Shown: positions 27,859-38,773, numbered from the stretch's first letter. The stretch: DNA of 64,000 nt from Clostridia bacterium (GCA_045646525.1 JAZRKX010000038.1:8885-72884), one strand, 5' to 3'. The notes: generated by a model not told the origin, from the letters alone. Made by a program: numbers and translations.

Positions 27859-29118
27859 ATGAATATTATGGTTGTAGGCGGTGGCGGAAGAGAGCACGCC
27901 ATCATAAAGAAGATTAAAGAAAACCCCAAGGCAGAGACAATATATGCACTTCCAGGTAACGGCGGCATAGCCGCAGATGCCAAGTGTGTAGATATCGGCG
28001 CAAAGGATATAGATGCTATAGTTAAATTTGCTGTAGAGAACAATATCGATTTTGCGGTGGTAGCACCCGATGACCCGCTTGTATTAGGTGCAGTAGATGC
28101 ATTAAATGCGGCAGGTATAAAGTGCTTCGGTCCAAAGGCAAATGCTGCTATCATAGAGGGAAGCAAGGTATTTTCCAAAAACCTTATGAAAAAATACGGT
28201 ATTCCTACCGCAGAATACGAAGTATTTTCCGATATGGAAAGTGCCCTTTCGTATCTTGATACAGCATCCATACCTGTTGTTGTAAAGGCAGACGGGCTTG
28301 CACTCGGCAAGGGTGTAATAATAGCAACTACCAGAGAAGAAGCCAAGGATGCGGTTAAATCCATGATGCTCGACAAGGTATTCGGAGAAAGCGGAAGTAA
28401 TGTTGTAATAGAGGAATTCTTAACAGGACCCGAGGTCTCTGTATTAAGCTTTACCGACGGTAAGACAATGGTTCCCATGGTTTCCTCCATGGACCATAAG
28501 AGAGCCAAGGACAACGATGAGGGTTTAAACACAGGCGGTATGGGTACGATTGCCCCCAATCCCTATTATACCGATGAGGTTGCCAAAGAGTGTATGGAAA
28601 AGATATTTATTCCCACAATGGAGGCAATGAACAGCGAGGGCAGAACCTTTGCAGGATGTCTCTACTTTGGACTCATGCTTACTCCCAAGGGACCCAAGGT
28701 TATAGAATACAACTGCCGTTTCGGCGACCCCGAGACACAGGTTGTGCTTCCTCTTCTTAAGAGCGACCTTCTCGATATTATGATGTCTGTTGCAGACGGC
28801 ACGCTTTCGGATACGGATGTAGTGTTTAAAGATGAGAGTGCCTGCTGCGTAGTTATGTCATCTGACGGTTATCCGGGTAAGTATGAAACGGGCTTCAAGA
28901 TAGATATGCCCAAGGATAAGAATATATATGTAGCAGGAGCCAAGATAAAGGACGGAACTCTTGTAACAGCAGGAGGCAGAGTTCTCGGTGTTACCGAAAC
29001 GGCTCCCACACTTAAAGCGGCTATAGACAAAGCATACGAGACTGTAAAAATGGTAAGCTTTGATAACGCATACTACCGCAAAGACATAGGCAAAAGAGCA
29101 TTGGAGGGTATTAAATAA
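27859..29118 (+). CDS. purD: phosphoribosylamine-glycine ligase
   Basis: MNIMVVGGGGREHAI...ATP-grasp fold...VIEYNCRFGDPE. Confidence 0.92.
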   Translation: MNIMVVGGGGREHAIIKKIKENPKAETIYALPGNGGIAADAKCVDIGAKDIDAIVKFAVENNIDFAVVAPDDPLVLGAVDALNAAGIKCFGPKANAAIIEGSKVFSKNLMKKYGIPTAEYEVFSDMESALSYLDTASIPVVVKADGLALGKGVIIATTREEAKDAVKSMMLDKVFGESGSNVVIEEFLTGPEVSVLSFTDGKTMVPMVSSMDHKRAKDNDEGLNTGGMGTIAPNPYYTDEVAKECMEKIFIPTMEAMNSEGRTFAGCLYFGLMLTPKGPKVIEYNCRFGDPETQVVLPLLKSDLLDIMMSVADGTLSDTDVVFKDESACCVVMSSDGYPGKYETGFKIDMPKDKNIYVAGAKIKDGTLVTAGGRVLGVTETAPTLKAAIDKAYETVKMVSFDNAYYRKDIGKRALEGIK

Positions 29119-32100
29119 ATGGTTTACAGAGTATATGTAGAAAAGAAAAAAGCTCTTGCTCACGAAGCTGCCTCATTAAAGGGCGATATCAAGAATTTCT
29201 TAAGCATAAGCGGTATAGAAGATGTAAGAATTATAAACCGTTATGATGTGGAAAATATTACAAAAGAGCTTTTTGATTATTGTAAAAACACTGTTTTCTC
29301 CGAGCCTCAGCTCGATGACGTGTATGACAGTATAGATGCACAGGACGGAGAAACTGTATTTGCTGTTGAGTTTCTTCCCGGTCAGTTCGACCAGAGAGCA
29401 AATTCCGCTTCGGAATGTATTCAGCTTATATCTCAGGGTGAAAGACCCCTTGTTAAAACCGCAAAGGTATATGTATTAAAGGGAAGTTTTACAGATGATG
29501 AGATAGAAGAAATAAAAAAATATGTTATAAACCCCGTAGAATCAAGAGAAGCATCACTTAATGAATATGATACTCTTGTAATGAAGTACGAGGTGCCCTC
29601 CGAGGTTAAAATCCTCGATGGCTTTATGGATTTGGACAGAGACAGTCTCAAAGACTTTCTTAACGAAAACGGACTTGCAATGGATATAGATGACCTTGCA
29701 TTCTGTCAGCAGTACTTTATTTCGGAAAAGCGTGACCCCACCATTACCGAAATCAAGATGATAGATACCTACTGGTCCGACCATTGCCGACACACAACAT
29801 TTCTTACCACTATCGATTCTGTTAAGATAGACGATGAGAATGTAAAGGCAGCATATGATGAGTACATCGCCGTAAGAGACACTTTAAAGAGAACAAAGCC
29901 CATAAACCTTATGGATATGGCTACTCTTGCGGTTAAGCATCTTCGTGCAAACGGCAAGCTTGATAAACTTGACGAATCCGAGGAAATAAACGCATGTACC
30001 GTTAAGATAGATGTGGAAATGGACGGCAAAAAGGAAAAGTGGCTTCTTCTCTTTAAGAACGAAACCCACAACCATCCCACAGAAATCGAGCCTTTCGGCG
30101 GTGCGGCTACCTGTATAGGCGGTGCAATCCGGGACCCGCTTTCGGGCCGTTCATATGTATATGCCGCTATGCGTGTAACAGGTGCGGCAGACCCCACAAA
30201 GCCCGTATCGGAGACTATGGAGGGCAAGCTTCCTCAGCGTAAGATAGTTACAACTGCGGCAAACGGTTATTCTTCTTACGGTAATCAGATAGGTCTTGCT
30301 ACAGGCATGGTAGATGAGATATATCACGATGGCTATGTGGCAAAAAGAATGGAAATCGGTGCGGTTATAGCTGCGGCACCCGCAGAAAATGTGCGCCGTG
30401 AAAGACCCGAAGCAGGAGATATTATAATCCTTCTCGGCGGAAAAACAGGCAGAGATGGTTGCGGCGGTGCTACAGGCTCTTCCAAATCTCACACATTGGA
30501 ATCTCTCGAAAGCTGCGGTGCAGAAGTACAGAAAGGTAATGCTCCCGAAGAAAGAAAGCTTCAGAGACTTTTCAGAAATCCTGTAGCTTCCAAGCTTATA
30601 AAGCGCTGCAATGACTTTGGTGCAGGCGGTGTGTCTGTTGCCATAGGTGAGCTTGCAGACGGACTTGTGGTAGACCTTAATGCCGTACCCAAAAAGTACG
30701 AGGGTCTCGACGGTACAGAGCTTGCAATATCCGAATCTCAGGAGAGAATGGCTGTTGTTGTAGAAGCCAAGGATGCCGATAAATTCATAGAGCTTGCCAA
30801 GGGCGAGAACTTAGAGGCTACCAAGGTGGCTGTAGTTCAGGAAACACCTTATTTTGTAATGAACTGGAACGGAAAGAAGATTGTAAACCTTTCCAGAGAA
30901 TTCTTAAATTCCAACGGTGCACAGAAGCATATAGATGTAGAGGTAACAAAAGGCGAGGACTTTGCAAAGACTGTGGACGGCAATTTTGCCGATAATTTCA
31001 GACTTCTTGCAGGCGACCTCAATGTTTGCTCAAAGAGGGGCTTAAGCGAGCGTTTTGACTCCACCATAGGCAAGGGTACTGTTCTTATGCCCTTTGGCGG
31101 TAAGCATCAGAAGACCCCCATACAGGCTATGGTAAACAAAATCTCCTCTGAGGACAAGCATACAGATGATTGCTCTGTAATGTCATGGGGATACAATCCC
31201 TTTATTACAGAAAAGAGTCCCTACCATGGTGCATACCTTGCAGTAGTGGAATCGGTATGTAAGCTTGTTGCAACGGGTGCTTCCTTTGAAGATGTGTATC
31301 TTACATTCCAGGAGTATTTCGAAAAGCCAAAGACCGACCCGAAGAGATGGGGCAAGCCCATGGCGGCTATTCTCGGAGCTTTCAAGGCACAGATGGAGCT
31401 TGAAATTGGCTCAATCGGCGGTAAGGATTCCATGAGCGGTTCGTTTGAAAATATAGATGTACCGCCCACACTTGTGTCCTTTGCTGTTACATGCGACAAG
31501 ATACCCAATATCGTGTCCAATGAATTCAAAAAAGCAGGCAATAAGCTCTATCTTATTAAACCCGAGTATAATAAGCTTCTTCCCGATACAGCATCTTTAA
31601 AGTCTGTATTTAATAAGGTTACTTCTCTTGCAAGAGAGGGCAAGGCACAATCCATATACACCATAACATATGGCGGTATTGCCGAGGCGGTACTTAAGAT
31701 GGCTATGGGTAACGGATTTGGTTTCGAGTTCTCCGAAGAGGTTTCGCTTAATGAAATATTTGCATACAACTATGGTGCATTTGTTGTGGAATCAGCAGAG
31801 GAAATCGACGGAGCACTCTGTGTAGGTACTGTTACCGATAAGGTTTCATTTAAGTACGGCTCACAAGAGGTTTGTGCAAACGAAATAAACAAAATCTATG
31901 AGGATAAGCTCGAAAAGGTATATAAGTGCAATATAGCTTCCGATGAAAAGGAAGTGGAAGCATTTAACTACATGGCACAGGAGAGAAAGAGCCCCGCTAT
32001 AAAGACTGCAAAGCCAAGAGTGCTTATACCCGTATTCCCCGGTACAAACTGTGAATATGATTCTGCAGGTGCTATGAATGATGCAGGTGCAGAGAGTGAG

Positions 32101-32808
32101 ATATTTGTTATAAACAACTTAAGTGCTTCTGCAATATCTGACTCTGTAAAGAAATTTGCAGAGGGCATAAGAAACTCTCAGGTAATCTTTATCCCCGGCG
32201 GTTTCTCGGGCGGCGATGAGCCCGAAGGCTCTGCAAAGCTTATAACAGCATTCTTCAGAAATGATGAAATCAAAGAAGCTGTAACAGACCTTCTCGAAAA
32301 CCGCGACGGTCTTATGTGCGGTATCTGCAACGGTTTCCAGGCACTTATTAAGCTGGGACTTGTTCCATACGGTAAGATTATCGACACAGACGAAAACTGT
32401 CCTACACTTACATTCAACACCATAGGACGCCATCAGTCCAAGATTGTAAGAACAAGGATTGCATCCAACAAATCCCCCTGGCTTGCAAATACAAAGCCCG
32501 GCGAGGTTTACAATGTGCCGATATCTCACGGTGAGGGCAGATTCCTTGCATCAGAAGAGCTTATAAGAGAGCTTGCCGCAAACGGTCAAATAGTAACTCA
32601 GTATGCCGACTTAAGCGGAAATCCGACCTACGACATACAGTACAATCCCAATGGCTCTGTACTCGCAGTAGAGGGTATCACATCACCCGATGGCAGAGTA
32701 CTCGGTAAGATGGGTCATACCGAAAGATATACCAGTGGACTTTACAAGAATGTAGAGGGTAATTACGATATGGGCATATTTGATGCTTGTGTTAAGTATT
32801 TTAAGTAA
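29119..32808 (+). CDS. purL: phosphoribosylformylglycinamidine synthase, single-chain large form
   Basis: 1229 aa. ETHNHP motif, duplicated PurM-like domains, and a C-terminal glutaminase with GICNGFQ (nucleophile Cys) and HGEG. Confidence 0.92.
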   Translation: MVYRVYVEKKKALAHEAASLKGDIKNFLSISGIEDVRIINRYDVENITKELFDYCKNTVFSEPQLDDVYDSIDAQDGETVFAVEFLPGQFDQRANSASECIQLISQGERPLVKTAKVYVLKGSFTDDEIEEIKKYVINPVESREASLNEYDTLVMKYEVPSEVKILDGFMDLDRDSLKDFLNENGLAMDIDDLAFCQQYFISEKRDPTITEIKMIDTYWSDHCRHTTFLTTIDSVKIDDENVKAAYDEYIAVRDTLKRTKPINLMDMATLAVKHLRANGKLDKLDESEEINACTVKIDVEMDGKKEKWLLLFKNETHNHPTEIEPFGGAATCIGGAIRDPLSGRSYVYAAMRVTGAADPTKPVSETMEGKLPQRKIVTTAANGYSSYGNQIGLATGMVDEIYHDGYVAKRMEIGAVIAAAPAENVRRERPEAGDIIILLGGKTGRDGCGGATGSSKSHTLESLESCGAEVQKGNAPEERKLQRLFRNPVASKLIKRCNDFGAGGVSVAIGELADGLVVDLNAVPKKYEGLDGTELAISESQERMAVVVEAKDADKFIELAKGENLEATKVAVVQETPYFVMNWNGKKIVNLSREFLNSNGAQKHIDVEVTKGEDFAKTVDGNFADNFRLLAGDLNVCSKRGLSERFDSTIGKGTVLMPFGGKHQKTPIQAMVNKISSEDKHTDDCSVMSWGYNPFITEKSPYHGAYLAVVESVCKLVATGASFEDVYLTFQEYFEKPKTDPKRWGKPMAAILGAFKAQMELEIGSIGGKDSMSGSFENIDVPPTLVSFAVTCDKIPNIVSNEFKKAGNKLYLIKPEYNKLLPDTASLKSVFNKVTSLAREGKAQSIYTITYGGIAEAVLKMAMGNGFGFEFSEEVSLNEIFAYNYGAFVVESAEEIDGALCVGTVTDKVSFKYGSQEVCANEINKIYEDKLEKVYKCNIASDEKEVEAFNYMAQERKSPAIKTAKPRVLIPVFPGTNCEYDSAGAMNDAGAESEIFVINNLSASAISDSVKKFAEGIRNSQVIFIPGGFSGGDEPEGSAKLITAFFRNDEIKEAVTDLLENRDGLMCGICNGFQALIKLGLVPYGKIIDTDENCPTLTFNTIGRHQSKIVRTRIASNKSPWLANTKPGEVYNVPISHGEGRFLASEELIRELAANGQIVTQYADLSGNPTYDIQYNPNGSVLAVEGITSPDGRVLGKMGHTERYTSGLYKNVEGNYDMGIFDACVKYFK

Positions 32809-32817
32809 AATAAAGAT

Positions 32818-32856
32818 GGACTGCAAACGCATGGTTTGCAGTCCATTAATTTTATT
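32818..32856 (+). terminator. terminator after purL
   Basis: GGACTGCAAAC-GCATG-GTTTGCAGTCC followed by an A/T-rich tract. Confidence 0.65.
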
Positions 32857-32885
32857 AAAAAAGGATATTCAAGTTATTTATTTGA

Positions 32886-32914
32886 TTGACAAAATAATGT
32901 GTTTGTGATAAAAT
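32886..32914 (+). promoter_or_regulatory. sigma-A type promoter for tRNA-Leu
   Basis: TTGACA-17 nt-TAAAAT ending about 24 nt before the tRNA 5' end. Confidence 0.6.
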
Positions 32915-32937
32915 ATTTCATGTGCTAATTTATATAT

Positions 32938-33021
32938 GCGGATGTGGCGGAATTGGCAGACGCGCCAGATTTAGGTTCTGGTATCTCCGATGTGCAGGTT
33001 CGATTCCTGTCATCCGCACCA
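32938..33021 (+). tRNA. tRNA-Leu (anticodon TAG), CCA encoded
   Basis: Acceptor stem GCGGATG/CATCCGC, anticodon stem CCAGA/TCTGG with loop TTTAGGT, a long variable arm, GGTTCGATTCC T-arm, and 3' ACCA. Confidence 0.9.
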
Positions 33022-33022
33022 A

Positions 33023-33055
33023 AAAGACGGTTTTTTGAAACCGTCTTTTTCTTTG
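33023..33055 (+). terminator. terminator after tRNA-Leu
   Basis: AAAGACGGTTT-TTTG-AAACCGTCTTT followed by T's. Confidence 0.75.
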
Positions 33056-33257
33056 CTTAAATCACCATAATACCGCTATTTTACTGCGTTTGCTGACTTT
33101 GGTAATTTGCATTAAGAATTGTTTGAAATTATCAAAATCAAGCTCATTGGCAACACTTAGGCAACAACATCTTTTATCATATATAAATACTTTACAAAAA
33201 ACATAATTTATGTTATTCTAACACAAGATAAAACAATAAATTTTCTAGGAGCAAGCT

Positions 33258-34016
33258 ATGAAAAAGTTTATTTCATGGAATGTAAACGGTCTTCGTGCTG
33301 TTTGCGGTAAAAATTTTTATGAAGTATTTTCTACTCTTGATGCAGACATATTCTGCGTACAAGAGACCAAACTTCAAGCGGGTCAGATAGACCTTGAAAC
33401 AGAGGGCTACTTTCAATACTGGAACTATGCCGAAAAGAAAGGCTACTCGGGAACAGCTGTATTTACAAAAGAGGAGCCGATGAGTGTATCTTACGGCATT
33501 GGCATAGAGGAGCATGACAAAGAGGGCAGGGTAATAACCCTTGAATTTGACACCTTCTATTTTGTGTGCGTATATACCCCCAACTCCCAGAACGAACTAA
33601 AAAGGCTCGATTACCGCATGGTGTGGGAGGATGCTTTCCGGGATTATCTTTTGAATTTAAAGGAAAAGAAATCCGTAATAATGTGCGGTGACCTCAATGT
33701 TGCGGCAGAGGAAATAGACCTTAAAAACCCCAAGACCAACAGGCACAATGCAGGCTTTACTGATGAGGAAAGGGGCAAATTCCGTGAGCTTAAATCAAGC
33801 GGTTTTACAGATACTTTCCGATTTTTCTATCCCGATGTTGCCGATATATATTCATGGTGGTCATATCGTTTCAGCGCAAGACAAAAGAATGCAGGGTGGC
33901 GTATAGACTATTTCATAGCATCCGATGATTTAAACCCGAAACTTGCAGATGCCAAAATTCATACCGATATCATGGGCTCCGACCATTGCCCCGTAGAACT
34001 TACCATAGAAATTTAA
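33258..34016 (+). CDS. xth: exodeoxyribonuclease III
   Basis: SWNVNGLRA, FCVQETK, GDLNV and GSDHCPV motifs of the EEP/ExoIII family. Confidence 0.92.
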   Translation: MKKFISWNVNGLRAVCGKNFYEVFSTLDADIFCVQETKLQAGQIDLETEGYFQYWNYAEKKGYSGTAVFTKEEPMSVSYGIGIEEHDKEGRVITLEFDTFYFVCVYTPNSQNELKRLDYRMVWEDAFRDYLLNLKEKKSVIMCGDLNVAAEEIDLKNPKTNRHNAGFTDEERGKFRELKSSGFTDTFRFFYPDVADIYSWWSYRFSARQKNAGWRIDYFIASDDLNPKLADAKIHTDIMGSDHCPVELTIEI

Positions 34017-34027
34017 GGATTTTACTA

Positions 34028-35131
34028 ATGAAACATATTATATTCTTTATAAAACACAATGTAGTTATGTGCATCGCTCTTGTTGCGGCAGTTATCACCT
34101 GTATTTTTGTTCCGCCCGATGCACAGTACATAGAGTATTTCGACTTTAAAACGCTTTCTTGTCTTTTTTGTGTATTGGCGGTGGTTTGCGCTTTTAAAAA
34201 CATAAACTTCTTTTATATTTTAGCCAAAAGCATTGTCAGAGCTTTTAAGTCCACAAGGTATGCTGTAATGACGCTTGTGTATATAACCTTTATAGGCTCT
34301 ATGCTCATCGCAAACGATATGGCGCTTCTTACATTTCTTCCTCTGGGATACTTTGTGCTTACATCCACAGGAAACCGCAGGTACATGGCTTTTACGTTTA
34401 TAATGCAAAATATATCTGCAAATCTGGGCGGTATGCTTACACCGTTTGGCAATCCGCAGAATTTGTATCTGTATACCAAGTTCGAAATACCAAACGGCGA
34501 ATTTATGTCGATTATGATGCTTCCGTTTGTGATTTCTATAGTCCTTATTACTTTGTGTTGTTTCTTTGTTGAGAACAAGCCGCTTGAAATAGAAGAAGAT
34601 ATCATAAGACTTCCGCTTTGGCGCACTGTGATATATTCGCTTCTCTTTGTACTTTCCATAGCCATAGTATTCAGAACAATACCTTACTATATAGGGCTAT
34701 TTCTCATACCTGCGGTGCTCATTTTCATGGACAGGCACGCTCTCAGGATGGTGGATTATCCGCTTTTATTTACCTTTGTGTTCTTCTTTGTGTTCTCGGG
34801 CAATCTGGCAAGGCTTGAGCCTGTAGAAAAACTGTTTTCCTATCTTATGGACAAGAGCACTCTGATATTTGGTACGCTTTCGTGTCAGTTTATAAGCAAT
34901 GTTCCGTCTGCTATACTGCTGTCGCAGTTTACACAGAATTACCCCGATTTGTTAATCGGAGTAAACATAGGCGGTGTCGGTACTCTTATTTCATCCTTGG
35001 CAAGCCTTATAACTTTTAGGGAATACACATTGCATAACCCTGATAAAGCACTTAGTTATATAGGCAAATTTTCCGCATACAATTTTGCATTTCTTGCAAT
35101 ACTCTTAATTTCGATGATTGTTTTAAGATAA
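34028..35131 (+). CDS. polytopic anion/ion permease (ArsB/NhaD / citrate-transporter-like superfamily)
   Basis: Track ORF 33986..35131 overlaps xth. The in-frame ATG at 34028 gives MKHIIFF. About 10 TM segments. NLGGMLTPFGNPQNL is typical of this permease superfamily. Confidence 0.55.
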   Translation: MKHIIFFIKHNVVMCIALVAAVITCIFVPPDAQYIEYFDFKTLSCLFCVLAVVCAFKNINFFYILAKSIVRAFKSTRYAVMTLVYITFIGSMLIANDMALLTFLPLGYFVLTSTGNRRYMAFTFIMQNISANLGGMLTPFGNPQNLYLYTKFEIPNGEFMSIMMLPFVISIVLITLCCFFVENKPLEIEEDIIRLPLWRTVIYSLLFVLSIAIVFRTIPYYIGLFLIPAVLIFMDRHALRMVDYPLLFTFVFFFVFSGNLARLEPVEKLFSYLMDKSTLIFGTLSCQFISNVPSAILLSQFTQNYPDLLIGVNIGGVGTLISSLASLITFREYTLHNPDKALSYIGKFSAYNFAFLAILLISMIVLR

Positions 35132-35138
35132 CAAAAAA

Positions 35139-35168
35139 TAAAACCCACAACCTTGGTTGTGGGTTTTG
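35139..35168. terminator. bidirectional terminator between permease and rpsI
   Basis: AAAACCCACAACC-TTGG-TTGTGGGTTTT. Confidence 0.75.
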
Positions 35169-35184
35169 ATATACGATAAACAAA

Positions 35185-35574
35185 TTATCTCTTGGAAAAC
35201 TGGGGTGCTCTTCTTGCAGCCTTTAAGCCGTACTTCTTTCTTTCCTTCATTCTGGGGTCTCTTGTTAAGAAACCTTCAGCCTTAAGGTTAGCTCTGTAAG
35301 CTTCGTCAACAGTGAGGAGGGCTCTGGAAAGACCGTGTCTTATAGCACCGGCCTGACCTGTGAAGCCGCCACCTGTAACCTTGGCAATTACATCGAACTT
35401 ACCTAAGGTGTCGGTAGCTACGAGGGGCTGTCTTACAACAACCTTGAGTGTTTCCAAACCAAAGTAATCGTCTATGTCTCTATCGTTTATAGTAATTTTT
35501 CCGGTTCCGGGAACTATTCTTACTCTTGCAACAGAGCTTTTTCTTCTTCCTGTACCATATAACTCGTTTGCCAT
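35185..35574 (-). CDS. rpsI: 30S ribosomal protein S9
   Basis: [12 protein letters not shown]...[14 protein letters not shown]...PQFSKR. Confidence 0.97.
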   Translation of the reverse strand: MANELYGTGRRKSSVARVRIVPGTGKITINDRDIDDYFGLETLKVVVRQPLVATDTLGKFDVIAKVTGGGFTGQAGAIRHGLSRALLTVDEAYRANLKAEGFLTRDPRMKERKKYGLKAARRAPQFSKR

Positions 35575-35588
35575 TTTTAGTATCCTCC

Positions 35589-36026
35589 TTATTTAATAAT
35601 ACCTGTGTAAACTTCAGGATTCTGTGCTGCATGCTCGTGCTCTGCACCTGCATATACTCTAAGTCTTGTAAGAGCCTTTGCACCTATAGTGTTGTGGGGG
35701 AGCATACCTTTAACAGCAAGTGTAACAGCCTTTTCGGGCTTTTCTGCCATGAGAGTCTTATACTTGATTTCCTTAAGACCGCCTACATAGCCTGTGTGGT
35801 ATCTGTAGTATTTCTGCTCAAGCTTGTTGCCTGTGAGAACAGCCTTGTCTGCGTTTAAGATTATCACGAAATCACCGCAGTCAACATTGGGTGTAAATGT
35901 AGGCTTAATTTTACCTCTTAAGATAGAAGCAGCAGCGCTTGCTATTCTACCGAGACTTTTGCCTTCAGCATCAATAATGTACCATTTTCTTTCTACTTCA
36001 GCCGGTTTAGCCATAAATGTACTCAT
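35589..36026 (-). CDS. rplM: 50S ribosomal protein L13
   Basis: [23 protein letters not shown]...GHTGY-like pattern. Lies upstream of rpsI. Confidence 0.97.
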   Translation of the reverse strand: MSTFMAKPAEVERKWYIIDAEGKSLGRIASAAASILRGKIKPTFTPNVDCGDFVIILNADKAVLTGNKLEQKYYRYHTGYVGGLKEIKYKTLMAEKPEKAVTLAVKGMLPHNTIGAKALTRLRVYAGAEHEHAAQNPEVYTGIIK

Positions 36027-36259
36027 TAGATTAACCTCCGTGTTTATTTATTCAACATTTGGTATTGTAATATATTTTTGCCAAGATGTCAACACTTTTT
36101 GCTTAAAAATTTAATTTATAAAATCAAATCTCTGTTTTTCTCGTTATATCTCTCTCAATCTCTCTCAATCTCGCAACTCAATTTAATTTATGTTTGATAT
36201 GAAAAGGGCAAAAAAGAGAGAAAACAGGCGAAAACGGATAAAATCACCTAAAAAAGCGC

Positions 36260-36295
36260 AAAAAAAATAGCTGCCTCTGGCAGCTGCTTTTTTTT
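36260..36295. terminator. hairpin terminator downstream of sigH (usable in both directions)
   Basis: AGCTGCC-TCT-GGCAGCT flanked by an A8 run (left) and a T8 run (right). Confidence 0.7.
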
Positions 36296-36429
36296 CCTTA
36301 TAAAAAGGAGGGAAAATGAAAAAAGTTTTGTGGTATGGGTATATGTTACCATTTTTCCCATAAAATTTCAACCCTATTTTTTGACGAAAATGTCATTTTT
36401 TGGGACATGTTTTTGTGCAAATTCTCTAA

Positions 36430-37056
36430 TTAAGATATAACTTCATCCGAAAAAGAGAGTTTTTCGAGTTTTTTCTTTATTCTTTGCAGGGCGTTGTCTA
36501 TGGATTTTTCGCTTTTTCCAAGCTCTTTTGCGATATCCACATAGCTTTTCCCCTGTGCATACCTCTTTAATACATCTGTCTCGTACCTGCTGAGGCAGTT
36601 TTTGAGCTGACTTTCTATTATTTTCAGCCTTTCTTTGTTTATCATAATTTCCTCGGGGTCGGGATGCTGTATCTCCAAAAGTGATTCTATCATAGTGTTT
36701 TCATTCTCGTCATCGGCACTTTTGTTGAGCGATATATATGAATTTAGGGGAAGGTGCTTAAGCCTTGTTGCAGTTTTTATCGCAGTTATTATCTGCCTTG
36801 TTATGCACAGGTCTGCAAACGAGCGAAAGGACGAACCGCCGCTTGAATTATAGTCTTTTATAGCCTTGTACAGACCTATCATACCCTCCTGGACAATATC
36901 GGATTTTTCTGCACCTATAAGAAAGTATGTGCGCGATTTTGATTTTACAAAATTCTTGTATTTGTTAAGAAGAAATTCCACAGCCTCCATGTTGCCGTCT
37001 TGAGCTAGCTGAAGTACTGCATTTTCTTCCATATTTTTTAAGTCTAATGCTTTCAT
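36430..37056 (-). CDS. sigH: sporulation sigma factor SigH (sigma-30)
   Basis: 208 aa. AVEFLLNKYKNFV..KSRTYFLIGAEKSDIVQEGMIGLYKAIKDY...SFRSFADLCITRQIITAIKTATR is the characteristic SigH sequence. Confidence 0.88.
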   Translation of the reverse strand: MKALDLKNMEENAVLQLAQDGNMEAVEFLLNKYKNFVKSKSRTYFLIGAEKSDIVQEGMIGLYKAIKDYNSSGGSSFRSFADLCITRQIITAIKTATRLKHLPLNSYISLNKSADDENENTMIESLLEIQHPDPEEIMINKERLKIIESQLKNCLSRYETDVLKRYAQGKSYVDIAKELGKSEKSIDNALQRIKKKLEKLSFSDEVIS

Positions 37057-37155
37057 TATATATCACCACCGAGTGTATTAATTTTATATGATATTTGCCT
37101 TTTTGTCAAGACAAGCAGTTCTATTTAAAGGTGAGGACAAATATACTTTACCGAG

Positions 37156-38064
37156 GTGATGATTTTGGATGCCATAAGCGATATTTTTCCCTATCTTCAC
37201 TCGGATATTGCAAGAAGTCTAGGAGCATACAAAAGCTTTGGCGACGTTACCGAAATAAGAGTTGCGCTTAATAAACCCGTAATAGTGAGCCAAAGAGGGA
37301 GTGCGCATTTTCTTCGGGATATGTCGGGAAAGGCGGTAATATCGGACAAAGCCTCTTTTATGTACACGGTAAACAAGCTTTCGGGCGGAAGCCTGTACAG
37401 CATTTCGGAAAATTTAAAAAAAGGCTTTGTTACTATAGAGGGCGGTCATAGAGTGGGGATTTGCGGAAGTGCAGTAATGACGGGGTCAGCCATAGAAAAC
37501 ATAAAAGACATTTCGGCACTTTGCTTTAGAATCTGCAGAGAAATAAAGGGATGTGCCAATGATATATACAGGGATATATGCAGGGAGAAATCCTTTCCGA
37601 GCTGTATTATCGCATCACCGCCAGGCTATGGCAAAACCACTGTACTAAGAGACCTTTGCAGGCTTATTGCCACGGGAAGCGCTACAAATGCGCCTCGTAA
37701 GGTAGGTATTGCAGACGAGCGCTGCGAAATAGCCGCCATGTACGGCGGTGTATCAAATTTTGAGCTTGGCGACTATTCTTTTGTGTGCAGCGGCTATCCC
37801 AAAACCGAAGCAATGCTTCTCATGCTTCGCAGCATGAGTCCCGATGTTATAGTAACCGACGAAATAGGTGCCGACGAAGAGCTTCTCGCCGTACAACAGC
37901 TGAAAAAGTGCGGTGTGAGCGTAATTGCAAGCGTACATGCATTTGATTTGGAAGATATCATATCCCGTTTCGGAAATAACATAAAAAGCTTTGAATGTCT
38001 ATTTTTCATACAAAACAAAATGACAGGCCACACGTTGTACAGGAGGTGCAAGGGTGATTATTAA
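37156..38064 (+). CDS. spoIIIAA: stage III sporulation protein AA (ATPase)
   Basis: Walker A SPPGYGKTTVLRD and Walker B VIVTDEIG. First gene of an eight-gene spoIIIA-like operon. Confidence 0.88.
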   Translation: MMILDAISDIFPYLHSDIARSLGAYKSFGDVTEIRVALNKPVIVSQRGSAHFLRDMSGKAVISDKASFMYTVNKLSGGSLYSISENLKKGFVTIEGGHRVGICGSAVMTGSAIENIKDISALCFRICREIKGCANDIYRDICREKSFPSCIIASPPGYGKTTVLRDLCRLIATGSATNAPRKVGIADERCEIAAMYGGVSNFELGDYSFVCSGYPKTEAMLLMLRSMSPDVIVTDEIGADEELLAVQQLKKCGVSVIASVHAFDLEDIISRFGNNIKSFECLFFIQNKMTGHTLYRRCKGDY

Positions 38065-38569
38065 ACTTGCGGGAATGATAACTGTAATGCTTTCATCTGC
38101 TCTTACAGGATTTTATTTTGCCGATTCCATGGTGCAAAGGGAGAGGGAGCTATGCAATCTTTCCGATGCTATAAACCTTATGATAGGCGAGATAGGGTAC
38201 AGCCATCTTTGTATAAAGGATATCTTTTTTAAGGTATCGTCTCTTGTAAAGGGCGAAGCGGCAGAGCTTTTCAGGCTTATATGCACATCGCTCGAAAGGG
38301 GCGAGACGGCAGCGGCTGCATGGGAGAGCGCAGTAGAGAGCGCATCGGGGATAATGTCTCTTAAAAATACCGATTGCGAAATTCTTATAAAAAGCGGATA
38401 TCTATTTGAGGCATACGGTCTTGATGAGCAGATATCCAACCTTGAAGCGTTAAAGAGCCGCATAGAAAATCTTGCCAGCGATGCCGGGCAGTATAAAAAG
38501 AAGAACAGCAGAATAGTAAAAATGCTTGGTATCTACGGGGGAATTCTCCTTTGTATAATAGTTTTTTAG
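38054..38569 (+). CDS. spoIIIAB: stage III sporulation protein AB
   Basis: 171 aa with N- and C-terminal TM helices. Second position in the operon. Confidence 0.8.
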   Translation: MIIKLAGMITVMLSSALTGFYFADSMVQRERELCNLSDAINLMIGEIGYSHLCIKDIFFKVSSLVKGEAAELFRLICTSLERGETAAAAWESAVESASGIMSLKNTDCEILIKSGYLFEAYGLDEQISNLEALKSRIENLASDAGQYKKKNSRIVKMLGIYGGILLCIIVF

Positions 38570-38578
38570 GAGCGGATT

Positions 38579-38773
38579 ATGGGAACGGAACTTATATTTC
38601 AGATAGCGGCAATAGGTATAATAGTATCTGTGCTTTGCAGACTTCTTGTGCAGTCGGGCAGAGATGAACAGGCATTTATGCTCTCTATTGTCGGACTTGT
38701 GGTGGTAATGCTTATGGTGGTAAATGAGGTCAGTACCTTGTTTGAAACCGTTAAGAAGCTGTTCGATATATGA
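38579..38773 (+). CDS. spoIIIAC: stage III sporulation protein AC
   Basis: 64-aa two-TM protein (IFQIAAIGIIVSVL...GRDEQA), typical of SpoIIIAC. Confidence 0.85.
   Translation: MGTELIFQIAAIGIIVSVLCRLLVQSGRDEQAFMLSIVGLVVVMLMVVNEVSTLFETVKKLFDI

Noticed and set aside
36148-36173. The tandem decamer TCTCTCAATC x2 upstream of rplM.
   Set aside because: There are only two copies plus a partial one, in an AT/CT-rich leader. There is no dyad or other copy in the window, so this is probably trivial slippage.
36183-36371. A 62-aa minus-strand ORF between sigH and rplM.
   Set aside because: It spans the bidirectional terminator hairpin and its homopolymer runs. The translation is dominated by F and K from A/T tracts, and there is no RBS.
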